The position numbers and the translations under genes are program-made. From IMG/VR virus record IMGVR_UViG_2061766007_001614: a DNA stretch of 39,246 nucleotides; one strand, written 5' to 3'. This stretch comes from an uncultured virus (IMG/VR IMGVR_UViG_2061766007_001614) (Duplodnaviria; Heunggongvirae; Uroviricota; Caudoviricetes). The notes under the pieces are model-generated. The model searched no databases and was not told where the DNA came from. It saw only the letters and a list, made by a program, of their open reading frames with translations. Position 1 is the stretch's first letter; the number at the start of each line of letters is the position of its first letter. Of this stretch, positions 1 to 12,738 are shown piece after piece.

Positions 1-2583
1 CAACTTCTTCAGATATATCACACGGTTACCGAAGCTCAGAAAGAAGCTGTTGCCATTATCAACAAGGCAAAAGAAGAATATGGTTCAACCCAAGAGGCCT
101 TGGAAGCTTTAAGAGAGAAAGAGAAAACAGCAACAGGCGTTGAGTTGGAAAATATCAGAAACGAAATAACAGATATTGAAAACGCTGAGATTATATTTGA
201 AGATTCAAAACAATATATNNNNNNNNNNNNNNNNNNNNNNNNNNNNNNNNNNNNNNNNNNNNNNNNNNNNNNNNNNNNNNNNNNNNNNNNNNNNNNNNNN
301 NCCAGGCTGATATCGATAGTATTGATGCTGTATTAAAGAAAGTATATGAACTATCCGGCACTGCTAAAGAATGGAATGATATGCAGATCAAGTCGATTTT
401 TAATAATGCAGACTTGGGAATATCAAAGCAGAAATTGCAAGAGATGGCTAGTGCTGGTGAATTGTCCGAANNNNNNNNNNNNNNNNNNNNNNNNNNNNNN
501 NNNNNNNNTTCTCGGAGACGGCGAAACAGCATGGAGCCTGTTTAAGAACGAAATGCTTGCCAGTGCCAAAGCTGCAAAACAGGTTGACAATGAGCTTAGT
601 AATGCACTTGATTCAGCGAAATCTTGGGAATCAGAGCGCAACCAGGCTCTTGAAAAACTAGGACTTGCCAGGGAGAACAACGGAGAAATCGAGTATGACG
701 AATCCTGGACTAAGTATCTTGAAACAATCAAGCAGCTTAACCCTGAGTTAGCAAATAACGAGGAGGAAGTTGAAAAGTGCGCCCTTGCTAACCTGCAGTT
801 CTCTCATGCTGTAGATGACCTTAGCAAGAACTTTGAGACTTACAAGGCTGCGCTTCAGGATGCTGACGCTCTTACTCCAGAATTCTCAAATGCTATAAAT
901 GCATTGGCAGATGACCTGACATACCTTACTGGTATAAACTTCTCTGTCGAGGCTGCATCTAAGTTCCTTTCAGATGCAGAGAATCTTAATACGCTTGAGC
1001 AAGCAATCAAAGGTAGTGATGAAGCCTTACAGAAGTTACAAGCAACGGCTGCAAAGGCAATTCCTATAAACATTGATGCTAAATCTGTTGAAGAATTAAG
1101 AATACTCACTAAGGAATCTCTACCGCTAATTAAAGAAGAATTAGCATCAATAGGTGAAGGTGGCAATGTTAATCTTACTNNNNNNNNNNNNNNNNNNNNN
1201 NNNNNNNNNNNNNNNNNNNNNNNATGCTACTGTTTTCTCGTACACTGCATCAAATGCTCTTGGAGATGTGGCAATTAACTTTACTCCTATAATGGTTGAT
1301 CCTAAAACTGGTGAATTTTTAGGAGTAATGGAAAAGCAAGCTTTTTATGATTATTGTGATAAAGTTGTTGAAGGAGCTCCTGATGATTTAAATCTCCAGA
1401 TAGGTGCCAAGTNNNNNNNNNNNNNNNNNNNNNNNNNNNNNNNNNNNNNNNNNNNNNNNNNNNNNNNNNNNNNNNNNNNNNNNNNNNNNNNNNNNNNNNN
1501 NNNNNNNNNNNNNNNNNNNNNNNATGGTTGGATACTGCTGAATTAGGGACACTTGAAGCCCAGACATATCTTAATGAAAATCCATTTATTAATGGATTGA
1601 TTCATTTAATAAGTGCGTCCGAAGATATGGCAAACAAGATTAGACAGATATTTGCTGATCTNNNNNNNNNNNNNNNNNNNNNNNNNNNNNNNNNNNNNNN
1701 NNNNNNNNNNNNNNNNNNNNNNNNNNNNNNNNNNNNNNNNNNNNNNNNNNAATGCTGCTGGTGGTGCAGTTAGATATGAAGATGTAATTGTTCCGACAAA
1801 TATCCATTTCGAGAGAACTGGAGGTGCAGGGGCAAGACGTTCTGCTACTTCAGGCTATACTCCAAGATCAACGTCTCCATCACAAAAAGCCAGCTCCTCT
1901 CCTAGTAGCGGAGGAAGCGGCGGAGGCGGAGGCGGAAGCAGCNNNNNNNNNNNNNNNNNNNNNNNNNNNNNNNNNNNNNNNNNGGTCCTTGATCAAAGAA
2001 TAGATCTTCTTCGTGCCCATCTTGAAGATGTCGTAGGCTCAGTAGCAAAGAATATGCTGCTTGATGCCCAAGAAGCACAGATAAAGCAAAAGATGGCAGG
2101 CTATTCTTCTGCCATCGAAATGTATTCAGAAAAAGCTTCTGAGGCACTTTCCAAAATCCCGAGCNNNNNNNNNNNNNNNNNNNNNNNNNTTGCTATCGAC
2201 GAATTTATCGGCGAAGAAAACGAAGACGTTGTCCAGGCCATGAAAGATTATGATGGCTGGGCAGACAAAATTGCCGAGTGCAATCAACAACTTGTAGAAC
2301 TTAAAGAAGTATTAAGACAACTGGAGCTTGAAAAGTTCAATAATATCGTTCAAGACTTTGATACCTTGTATGATGTCAGACAGACACAGATAGACCTGAT
2401 AGATAAGTCAATTCAGCTGTTCGAAGCGGCAAGTGATAAGGTAGTAAGCAGAGCGTTCTATGATACATCTATTGACCAAAAGTCCAAACAGCTTGATAAG
2501 CTGATGGAGGAGAAAACCAAGCTGACCAATCAGATGACAAAGGCCATGGCAAATGGAATAGACGTTGCCAGTGACGAATGGTT
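1..2583 (+). CDS. Tape measure protein, 5' exon (start lies upstream of window)
   Basis: Successive + strand ORF pieces (100-336, 346-1278, 1154-1546, 1528-1773, 1613-2617) separated only by N gaps; helical Ala/Leu/Glu/Lys-rich with a Gly/Ser linker; lies upstream of distal tail gene. Ends at predicted intron 5' splice site (..SDEW-F). Confidence 0.85.
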
Positions 2584-2870
2584 TAGTAATAGACCGCTTA
2601 TGCAGAAATGCATATGAACAATAACACATTGAATTGCTGGAAAACCCTGAGAGCCTTATAGACTACAACGTAGAGATGAAAGATGCTCAGGCGTGAATGT
2701 TAAAAACTATAAGGATTGGGCAATCAGCAGCCAAGCCCTGAACAAGGGAAGGTTCAACGACTATCCTATATGGAGTAGGTGGCAAGCGCCACCGAAGCAG
2801 TGTGCATCCCACGTGGATGATGATATAGTCTGCTCTCTATANNNNNNNNNNNNNNNNNNNNNNNNNNNNN
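2584..2870 (+). ncRNA. Group I self-splicing intron (IA2-like, no ORF) in tape measure gene
   Basis: P1 GGTTTA-GTAA-TAGACC with U.G pair at 2583; P AATTGCTGGAAA 2632-2643; Q AATCAGCAG 2722-2730; R GTTCAACGACTA 2752-2763; S ATGATATAGTCT 2820-2831; P3 CACATT/AGTGTG; P7 GACTA/TAGTC; two extra helices P7.1/P7.2. 3' end lies in gap 2842-2872. Confidence 0.92.
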
Positions 2871-2872
2871 NN

Positions 2873-5566
2873 CAATGCCATTGAGGCAGTTAATGGTAAG
2901 ATCCTTGAAAGTCAGATGGCAATAGAGAATTATAAAAATGCTATAGCCCAGCTTTATCTCGAAGCATTCCAGCGTGAAGCCCAGAGATATGAGCATGTTA
3001 TATCTGCAAGAACTAAAGCAATTTCCGGTCTTGAGAACCAGATAGCTCTGCTTGAAGCACNNNNNNNNNNNNNNNNNNNNNNNNNNNNNNNNNNNNNNNN
3101 NNNNNNNNTCTGCTACAGAAAAGAACATAGATGTCCTTGAAAGAGAGCGTGTATCTCTTATAGACAAGCTAAACGATGGTCTTGCCAATGGCGTTAAGAA
3201 AGGTTCAGATGCCTGGTATGAAATGATAGATGCCATCAACGCTGTCGATACAGAAATACAGCAAGCGAAAATCTCTGTTGAACAATATAAGAAAGCTATC
3301 ATTGATACATACACTGAATTGTTTAATAGAGCCGCTAAGAACAATGCTAATGTACAATCCTTCAGGTCAATGGCAGTTAGTGGCATGCAGAAGCAGATTG
3401 AAGNNNNNNNNNNNNNNNNGTCCATTGAACAGACACAGAAACGTCAGGCCCAACTCGTAGCAGAGCGTAAAGAGCTCATGAAGAAGATGTCCGATGCTAC
3501 GAAGAATGGCGTTAAGGTCGGTTCGGACCAATGGATGTCAATGGTCAAGTCGCTCAATGATGTGGACATGGAGATTAAGCAATGTACCATCGATGTGAAC
3601 GGCTTTGAGGATGCTATCCTTGCACTAGATGATGCTTCATTTGATAGAATCCATGCCAAGTTCTCCAGCCTTGAAAGTGAACTGTCTAACCTGGCAGATT
3701 TGTTCTCGGGTGAAGATGTTGCTACTGAAGACAATAAATGGACCCGTTCTGGTCTGACACAACTTGGTATAGCTGCTCAGCAGTATGAACTTGCCAAGGA
3801 AAGTGTATCACAGTATAACAAGCAGATTGAAAAGCTGAACAGTGACTATGAAGCCGGTAAGTATTCTGTAACACAGTATACTGAGAAGCTTGCTGCACTG
3901 AAGAGTGAACAGTGGAATTCTGTTAAGTCAGCAGAGGCAGCCAAGAAGTCTATGGTTGAACTCAATAAGGCAAGAGTAGATATTGTCGTTGAGGGAATTA
4001 ACAAGGAGACAGAGGCCTATAGGAAGCTAATTTCTGCCGAAAAAGAGGCCTTAAGCGCTGAGAAAGAGTTGCATGATTATGAGAAGTCTNNNNNNNNNNN
4101 NNNATCGATAAGATTCAAAGGCAATTAGCTTCACTAGCAAATGACACATCACTTGCTGCTAATGCAAAACGTGCTCAGCTACAATCTCAACTTATAGATG
4201 CTCAGAAAGACCTCGCCGAGCTTGAGTATCAGCACTCTATCGAAACACAACAGGAAGCACTTGATACTCAGCTTACTAATTACGAGGATGCCCGTAACAG
4301 GGAGATTGAAACTCTTCAGCTTTCACTGGAAAATGAGGAACTGCTTATATCTGAATCCCTTCTCCGTGTGAAGGAAAACACTGATATCATCCATCAGGAA
4401 ATGCTGACAAAGGCACAGGAGAATGGTATCCAGCTGTCGACAGAAATCACTGCTCCATGGCTCGCCGGTGAAAGTGCCCTTGCTGGTTATGAACAGGTTC
4501 TGACTGAAAAGACATCTGCTTTCATTGAGCTGTTAAGAGGTGTCGAACAGAAAGAGTTTGATCTGCAGACCAACGCTGATATTGCCGGTCAGAAGATATC
4601 AGACATGCTAGGCAAAGATGCTGATAAACTTGTGGGAGAAACCGGTAAAGCAATCCTTGCATTCCAAGAGGAGGAAAAGGCTGCCAACCAGGGCGCTGAA
4701 AGTATTGAGAAGAACTTCACTAAAGAGTCTGAAAAGCTTGCGACTGAGATAGAAAAAGTCAATGAGAAGCTTCGTGATGAAGAGCGTGATTCAGACGCTG
4801 CCGCTCAGAGTATTTCAAATATGTTCGGGCTTACAGCGAATACTCTGATTAGCCAGATAGAGACAGCTTGGAATGACACAAAAATGCTCAAGGATGCTGC
4901 TGATTTTGCTGCGGGTAGTTTGAGTAATGCGATTGATGGTAAATATTCAGGGTCAAGTGCAGTAAGTGCTTTAGGTAATATCAAGGAAGCAGCTAATGGA
5001 GTAAAGGACGCTGCAGAGAGTGCGGCCCGGGCTCTACAGTCTATGGCGAGTATTACTCCAACATCACCGAGCGATCGTCCCACAAGATACAGAGTAACAA
5101 ATGCTAATGGTAATGTTATTTTTGATGGTACAAGCCTTTCTGCTGCACAGTATCAGGCACAATGGTACTCTGGTTCAACAATCACTCAGTATGCAAAGGG
5201 TATTANNNNNNNNNNNNNNNNNNNNNNNNNNNNNNNNNNNNNGAGAAGAGGCGATCATTGATCCGTCAACTGGAGGTATCCTGACCCCGCTTTCAAAAGG
5301 CAGTGCTGTGTTGCCAGCTGATCAGACCAAAAATATTTGGGAGTGGTCAAAGTTTGATCCGACAGAGTTTGCTTCTAAGCTTGCTCAAAGTATCAATAAC
5401 GTTGGAACAGGAAAAGTACAAACCAATACAATGCAAGTTGGCAGCTTAATAACGTTTAACGGTCCGGTAAATGATACCGCCGAAATGATACAGATAGCTG
5501 CNNNNNNNNNNNNNNNNNNNNNNNNNNNNGTCTTTCAGAGAACTAAGCAATGGTCTGACAGGCTGA
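2873..5566 (+). CDS. Tape measure protein, 3' exon
   Basis: Resumes NAIEAVNGKILESQMAIENYK; ~100-aa repeats (NGVKKGSDAWY, NGVKVGSDQWM); C-terminal YAKG...LSKGSAVLPADQT motif; ends FRELSNGLTG-TGA at 5566. Frame breaks coincide with N gaps. Confidence 0.85.
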
Positions 5567-5575
5567 TTTTTATTT

Positions 5576-5609
5576 TAGGGAGGGTGTCCTGCATAAGGGC
5601 ACTCTCCTA
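5576..5609 (+). terminator. Intergenic hairpin after tape measure gene
   Basis: TAGGGAGGGTGTCCT-GCAT-AAGGGCACTCTCCTA followed by a short T run. Confidence 0.45.
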
Positions 5610-5631
5610 TTTCAAAAGAAAGGAGGTAACT

Positions 5632-6450
5632 GTGGTACTTACATGTGATGATTTTATATTCAATGATTTTAAGATGACAGACTATGGTTTCATAAGTGGG
5701 AATGGATCAGATGGAATGATTGATGATGTAGAAGATATGTCTATGGCCCCTACTTCTACTGTAGTATTCAATGGCGAAAGTCCTCATAGTGCATTCATCA
5801 GCCAGAAATATGAGACTTCCCCGGAAGTGACCATAAAGATGAGTAAGTCAGACTGTATGAGCCGGGAGTATAGGTTCACTGAGAACGAACTCCGTAACTT
5901 GAACAGGATGCTTACCGGTAAGTCAGGATATTCATGGCTGAAGATAGTAAACGACTCTGCCATGGAAACGGATTATTACTATCGTGCACGGGTATCCCGC
6001 ATCGAGTATGAAAGACTGGGTATTGATGTAGTCGGATACAATGTGACATTTGAGTGTGATGGCTCGTATGCATACTCAGAAGAGCAAAGCATTACCATCA
6101 GTGCAAAGGCCAATACTGCCTTTTATATATTCAGTAACAGTGATGATCTGTATGGTTATGAACTGCCAGTGGTTACCATAACTGCAAGTGCTGCAGGAAC
6201 CCTCACGTTAAGAAACAATACAGACTCATCATGGACTTCGCAGATAATTGTAAAAACAGCTGGTGAAGTCATAACGATGGACAGTAAGAATGACTTGCTG
6301 ACATCATCCAGGACAAGAGCGTATATCTTGAATGATTTTAATCTTCACTGGCCACGTCTCTTACCCGGAAAGAATGCCTATGTATGTAGCCAGAACGCAA
6401 CCATTAACTTTAAGTTCAGGGCTGCAAGAAAGGTAGGGTTCGTAAGTTGA
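5632..6450 (+). CDS. Distal tail protein (Dit-like)
   Basis: RBS AGGAGG then GTG at 5632; DFIFNDFKMTDYG N-terminus and FNLHWPRLLPGKN C-terminus typical of Dit; directly follows TMP. Confidence 0.8.
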   Translation: MVLTCDDFIFNDFKMTDYGFISGNGSDGMIDDVEDMSMAPTSTVVFNGESPHSAFISQKYETSPEVTIKMSKSDCMSREYRFTENELRNLNRMLTGKSGYSWLKIVNDSAMETDYYYRARVSRIEYERLGIDVVGYNVTFECDGSYAYSEEQSITISAKANTAFYIFSNSDDLYGYELPVVTITASAAGTLTLRNNTDSSWTSQIIVKTAGEVITMDSKNDLLTSSRTRAYILNDFNLHWPRLLPGKNAYVCSQNATINFKFRAARKVGFVS

Positions 6451-6479
6451 GAAAAATGTTTATGAAGGGAGGATAACTT

Positions 6480-9400
6480 ATGGTAATTACAAGAGACTCA
6501 CTTGGACACTTGGAAGTGCCTGAAGTTATTCTCTGTAAGGCATCAGAAGAAAGAATAGGCGCACTGCAATGTACACATAAGACATGGACCCATAAATACA
6601 ATGACCTTGATACTCTCTCTCTGGAAATACCTTATCTGACTGATGGTAAGGAAACACCTTTCTATGATGAGATAGATATCATGAAATATATTGAAGTTCC
6701 AGCTATAGGACGGTTTTGTATTAAAGATATCGATATAGTCAGTGAAGGTCAAAGGACTGAGTATAAGAAAATTGAATGTGTTGACTACGCTTCTTTGCTG
6801 GGTCAACAGTATCTTGAGGAATTTTACATCCTGGGTCTTCCGGAAGAGGGCTATATAGACGATGTTGATTTCTATAACCCAGGGCTTCAGACTAAGTCAT
6901 TGTTGCACTTAATCTTGGAGAAATTCCCCGAGTGGTCCTATGATTATGTAGCCCCGTCACTGTGGACTATGCAGAGACACTTTGAGGTTTCAAGGCAGGA
7001 TGTTTATAGCTTCATGACTCAGGATATATCTGAGGCTTTTGAGTGCGTCTTTGTTTTTAATTCACTTGCAAAATCAATCAACGTTTACTTAGCAGACCAG
7101 TATGGAATAGATACAAATATCCATGTTTCGTATAATGCTCTTCTCGAGAATACAGAGCTGAGTTATTCGATTGATGATATTAAGACTGCCCTTACCCTGT
7201 CAGGTAATAGTGATGAGGTAAATGTCAGGGAACTTAATCTTGGGTATGACCGTATCTATAACTTTGAATATTTTGCCTCAGAAGAATATATGTCCGCTTC
7301 TCTCCTTGCGGCTTATACAGCCTGGAAGAACCTTGTTAACTCTCCTGTTGATACTTCGCTCTTTGAGTATAAGGCTGGCGTAATTACACAGGCAGAATTA
7401 CAGGGAAAGACATATGAACAGGCATTTGAATATCTCGGGACTAAGTATCAGGATCTGTATACTAAGATAAGCCAGTGGACAAGTACTAAGCTCCCGGAGG
7501 GTATCAATACGAGAGCTTCTCGTCCAGGTTATGGAACAATAGAATTCTATACTTCTAGCGGGACTCCATACACGGTTACATTTGAAAAGCCTGACACAAC
7601 GACATTAGTGACTTCTATCCCGTCGTCAGGAAATGAAACCACTTTGTACCTTGTTAAGAACACCAATAACATGTATAGGTTCAAAGGTGGTACCAGGTAT
7701 AACGTTAACGAGTGGAAAGAATGCTGCTTGAATGAGCTTAAGACAATTCAGGCATCAGCTGAGAGAATGCGTGCTACGTCTATGAAGGCGAAGCATGGAG
7801 AAGAATCCAGTACGTTTTACATCCCTGAATACCTTCCCAGGCTGTATATGTACAATGCAGTTACAGCACAGATTGGTACGGTACAGACACTAGTCAATAC
7901 ACTTACAAGCAATCTGACCGATTATATTGAGTATGATAAGTCAGCAATCGTTCAGAGATTGGATATCAAGAACTCTCTGAACTTTAATACTCAGCAGCGT
8001 AAGGAATTGTCTACATTCTTACGTGAAGACACTTTGTCATCTTCTAACTTTACCATCGAAGATAACATGACTGAGGCAAAAAGATTTGAAATGCTGCGCA
8101 GTCTGCTAGACTATGGCGAGAAAGAACTTGTACGGGTCTCTACTCCTCAGTTACAGTTCAGTGCGGGGTTAAATAATTTGTTTGCAATCCCGGAGTTTGA
8201 CCAGTATTCAGGTGACTTTGATATAGGCAATTATGNNNNNNNNNNNNNNNNNNNNNNNNNNNNNNNNNNNNNNNNNNNNNNNNNTACTTGAGGTAGAGTT
8301 AGACTTCCTTGATCAGAGCAGCTTCCGTGTTACATTTGGAAACGTCGTTAGGAAAGCGAAGAATATCTTTACCGATGTTACTGATGCAATCAATGCAGCT
8401 ACTTCTGCGGCTACANNNNNNNNNNCATCAGCTAAGGAAACGAATTCTATCGGTCAGGCTTTGGCAGATGGTCTTCTCGCGCAGTCTTATTACCTATCAA
8501 ATGATCCAGCTAACAATGAGACTCTTATCAACGATGCAGGTTTGTGGATAACGACTACAGATGATCGTGAGCATGGACGTATCTATACGCAAAACTATGA
8601 TGCAATCTATCTGGGTGGTGGACGTATCCTGTTCACCAGTGATGGTTGGCGTAATGTAAGAATGAGCGTTGGTCGTGCTGATGTAAATATGCCATCTATC
8701 AACTCACAGGGGCAACTTGTTTTTACTGAAGAGTCGATGTTTGGTGTCTTTGCAGACTTCCTGATTGCCGGATATGTTGGTGGATCTTTGATAGTTGGTG
8801 GAGATATTTATTCTTCTAATTATACAACTACATCAGATAAGAATAGCGGTAACCGTGGAGCCCATATAAATCTTACTGATGGCTCTTTTGAGTTCAATGA
8901 TAAAAGTAGCGGACGAAAGAGACTTACACTGTCAGAAAATACCTTGGAAGTAAATGGTATCATCCATGCTCGGGAAGGAAATATCGGTTCTAATGCTGAT
9001 GGTGAGAATGGATTTATCATCAAAGCAAACCAGTTATATAGTGGCAAAACAAGCTGGAGTGATGCCAACAATGAGGGAATATATATAAACTCTACCGCCA
9101 GTGGAGGAATCGCACTTGGTAAGTATTATACAGACACCAAAAACGTAAAGCGTAATCCCTTCCAAGTTGACATGGCTGGAAATCTAAAATCAACCAGAGG
9201 CTATATTGGTGGATTCACGATTGACGATAGTGCTTTGCATACAACCAAAACATCGTTTACCGATACATCACATGCTGGAATATATATGGGTGATGACGGT
9301 ATAGCACTTGGAAAATCTTACTCTAGTGGAGGCAAGTATGTAAGCCCATTCAGTGTGGATTCAAATGGAGCTTTGTATTCTACAAGCGGACACATAGGCG

Positions 9401-10645
9401 GATTTACTATCGACAAGACATACCTAGCTAATGGAAAGACTGCCATAGATGATGTTGACCATAATGGTGTGTATATTGGCACTGATGGAATATCTTTAGG
9501 AAGAAGANNNNNNNNNNNNNNNNNNNNNNNAAATTATATAGATTCTTTCAAAGTGACCAGCGGCGGAGCCCTTACCTCAACAGAGGGAACTATTGGTGGA
9601 TGGACTATAGGTGAAACTTCCATAAGTCATGGAAATATTGTCCTTAATGCTGGTACAAGCGAAATAAATGTAAATTCTAAGTTTATCATTTATAACAATG
9701 GTTCTTTTTCAGCGTCCAATTCATTGTTCTCGGTGGATTCAACTGGAAATATAAACGCCAGAGGAGGAACGATTGGTGGTGTGACCATTAACTCTTCTTC
9801 TCTTGCGACAGGAGGTAAAACGTCTTTAGATGATGAGAAAAACGACGGAGTGTTTATCAGTTCCAGCGGTATATCTCTCGGAAAAGTTACTACTTTGTCT
9901 GACGGAAAGACGAAAAAATATCCATTTAAGGTAACAAGTAGTGGTGTTCTTACTTGTATGTCTGGAACTATTGGCGGATGGACTATTGGGACGACTTCTC
10001 TCACGGCTGATGGGNNNNNNNNNNNNNNNNNNNNNNNNNNNNNNNNNNNNNNNCTTACAAAGATTCTAATACGAGCTGGTATATAAACAGTGACGGAACA
10101 GCATCTTTTAAGGATGTCCATATTTCAAATGTGAACAAAGGCAGTCAGTTCGGAAATTTTGGATATAATGAAGATGGATACACATGGGGACAATTTAGTC
10201 CCAACTTCGGGTCATATTTTGGAAGCAATGCATCGGACCCCTTCAGAGGAACATGTGTTACTAAAATACAAAGTTTAGCTGNNNNNNNNNNNNNNNNNNN
10301 NNNNNNNAAGCCAGGGCTATAGAGGCTGGATTTATCACTTCAGAGACTATTAAGGCAACCTATGCAACAATAACAAGTCTAAATGCAGCCTCCGCAAGGA
10401 TTGGAACTCTTGAGGCAGACCATGTTACTACAAAAGAATTTAATGCTGTAAGCGCTACAGTTAAAACAATTAATGCTTCTTATGTTACGGCAACATATGT
10501 TGACAACGCTATATCATTTATCAATACCGTTCATTGTAGTAGGGTTAACTGTGATGGTGAAGATTTTGATACTGCTCATACAATAAATACATTTAGTTCT
10601 GATGGTACTTATACAGGACAGATAACAGTTTTTGCAACATCATGA
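6480..10645 (+). CDS. Long tail/baseplate hub-spike protein (Tal-like) with GxIGG(W/F)TI repeats
   Basis: ORF pieces 6480-8291, 8233-10086, 10131-10322 and continuation to TGA 10645 join across N gaps; tail hub-like N-terminus, repeated G(T/Y/H)IGG(W/F)TI beta units in the C-terminal half. Confidence 0.75.
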
Positions 10646-10660
10646 TCAAAAGGAGAATGT

Positions 10661-11020
10661 ATGAAATTAACAAATCAAAAAATGGATGAATGCTTTATTG
10701 CATTAAATAGTATTGCGGAAAGAACTAATGGCAAACTAGGCTATGCTATAGCAAGAAATATCAGAAAGCTTTCCGAAGAACTCGTAGAATATCAATCTTT
10801 AAAGGATAAGGCAATAATAAACTACGGTGAAGAAAACGATGATGGCCATTATTCTATCCAGATAGGATCTGAAGCCTTTGATAGGTACCTTGTTGAGATG
10901 AAGGAATATATGAACATAGAGCATGATGTCCAAATATTCACGGTGACTGAAGACGAGGTTTTAAAGTCAGACCTTAACGCAAAGGAAATGCTTGCGATAG
11001 ACTTCATGATTCAGGACTAA
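10661..11020 (+). CDS. Small tail-associated hypothetical protein
   Basis: 119-aa ORF, RBS AAGGAG, directly after the tail protein. Confidence 0.75.
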   Translation: MKLTNQKMDECFIALNSIAERTNGKLGYAIARNIRKLSEELVEYQSLKDKAIINYGEENDDGHYSIQIGSEAFDRYLVEMKEYMNIEHDVQIFTVTEDEVLKSDLNAKEMLAIDFMIQD

Positions 11021-11030
11021 GTGGCAGTAC

Positions 11031-11058
11031 AAAGAGCGGTTTTACTGGCCGCTCTTTT
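11031..11058 (+). terminator. Rho-independent terminator
   Basis: AAAGAGCGGT-TTTACT-GGCCGCTCTTTT. Confidence 0.7.
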
Positions 11059-11090
11059 ATTATGCAAATTTTTAGGGAAGGAGGAAATGA

Positions 11091-11679
11091 ATGAACGCTG
11101 TAACACAGAATTATATTATCGACTTCTCGTCAAACAACAATTTTGTACAAGTGCCTGCTGTTCAGGGCGATGGTAATGATACAAGGTATATAGATATTGA
11201 GATGATTGAGAATGGAGTGCCCTTCTTGGTAGACAGTGAAACAGACTATGTGACCATCGCAGGAACAAAACCTGACGGAAAAGAAATCTGGAATCTATGT
11301 GAAATAACGAGTGCGGGCAAGATAAAGGTCGAAATTACATATCAGATGACTACTGTAGTTGGCCGAAGTGATTACGAGATAGTCATCTTTAGTAAGGGGA
11401 AGAACGATCAGATAAAGTCCTTCCCTTTTATTTTGCTTGTAACTCCTGCAACATTTGATCCGGGATATATCATCTCATCAAATGAGTTTGAGGCGCTTGC
11501 TCAGTTTACCACAGCTGCAGAGGCGGCTGCAGAGGCNNNNNNNNNNNNNNNNNNNNNNNNNNNNNNNNNNNNNNNNNNNNNNNCGAAATACCGGACACTT
11601 AATCTGCGAGAAGGTTGACCCATGGAGAGGAAGCTTTGAACTCGTAGACCATAAGAACCTACTGGTTCACTGGGAATAA
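11091..11679 (+). CDS. BppU-family baseplate upper protein
   Basis: VPAVQGDGNDTRYIDIEM...GTKPDGK N-terminal BppU-type motif; RBS GGAGG; continues across a gap to TAA 11679. Confidence 0.8.
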
Positions 11680-11696
11680 CAAACAGAAAGGAGTAA

Positions 11697-12725
11697 ATGA
11701 TGGCTACAACACAAGACTTAGGTTTAGTCACTTCATATGGATACGCAGNNNNNNNNNNNNNNNNNNNNNNNNNNNNNNNNNNNNTATCTTGCTCATCTTC
11801 CGGATTATACATCTGATGCACAAGCTGCCGCTGATGCCGCTGACGCAAGTGCTCAAGCGGCTGATGCTAGCGCACAGGCGGCTGATGCTAGCGCACAGAG
11901 TGCTGCTTCGGAAGCTGCGCAGGCTGCTACGTCTGAGAATAATGCAAGTCAGTATGCTACTAACGCTGCTACTTCCATGGCACAGGCTGCTACATATGCA
12001 AGTAACGCTTCTGAATCGGCAATAAATGCAGATCATTCAGCGGATAGTGCATATGACTCAGAACAGAGAGCTGCTCAGGCAGAACTAAGGGCTGCTGCTT
12101 CTGCTACTAATGCTGAGACTTTTGCTCATGATGCTGCTCTGTCAGCTGAGAATGCGGCTGCTTCAGAGGCCACAGTAGCTGCTGATGCTGCTTCAGCAAG
12201 AGAGGCTGNNNNNNNNNNNNNNNNNNNNNNNNNNNNNNNNNNNNNNNNNNNNNNNNNNNNNNNNNNNNNNNNNNNNNNACATCAGAAGCCAATGCTGCTA
12301 CTTCTGCTGAGAATGCAGCTACATCTGAGGTTAATGCTGCCACATCGGCTGAGAATGCTGCTACTGCAGAGACAGCTGGTATTGCACATGAGGTTAATGC
12401 AAGGACAAGTGCTATCCTCTCCCACTCATGGGCTGAGGGTGGTACTGGAGCAAGACCTGATGAAGCAACCAACAATGCCAAGTATTGGGCTGCACAAGCC
12501 AAGGCTATTGCTGGCATTGACGTATTTACCGGTGCAACAGCAACAACAAATGGTACTTTAGGCCTTGTACCCGGCCCTGGTATGGGACAACAGAACAGCG
12601 TGCTTTTTGGTGATGCTACATTTAAACAGTTGAATTATACATTTATTGGAACACCTACAGACTGGGACGACCTCTCTTCAGATGAGAAGTCGTTTTATAG
12701 AGTAGTTGTCCTTGATCAAGTATAA
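11697..12725 (+). CDS. Ala-rich coiled-coil tail fibre/adaptor protein
   Basis: MATTQDLGLVTSYGYA start, A/S-rich stalk, SWAEGGTG..NNAKYWA and FTGATATTNGTLGLVP motifs common in fibre proteins; stop TAA 12725. Confidence 0.7.
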
Positions 12726-12738
12726 AGGAGGAGGACAT

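Noticed and set aside
8940..10010. ~63-aa GxIGG(W/F)TI repeats
   Set aside because: Common tail-protein repeat; explained by the coding feature.
11810..12400. Short tandem repeats (GCTGATGCTAGCGCACAG and similar)
   Set aside because: Coding Ala-rich coiled-coil repeats, not CRISPR; no constant repeat-spacer pattern.
1..12725. Many apparent frameshifts in TMP, tail and fibre genes
   Set aside because: They coincide with N runs of uncertain length; no evidence of programmed frameshifting or pseudogenisation.
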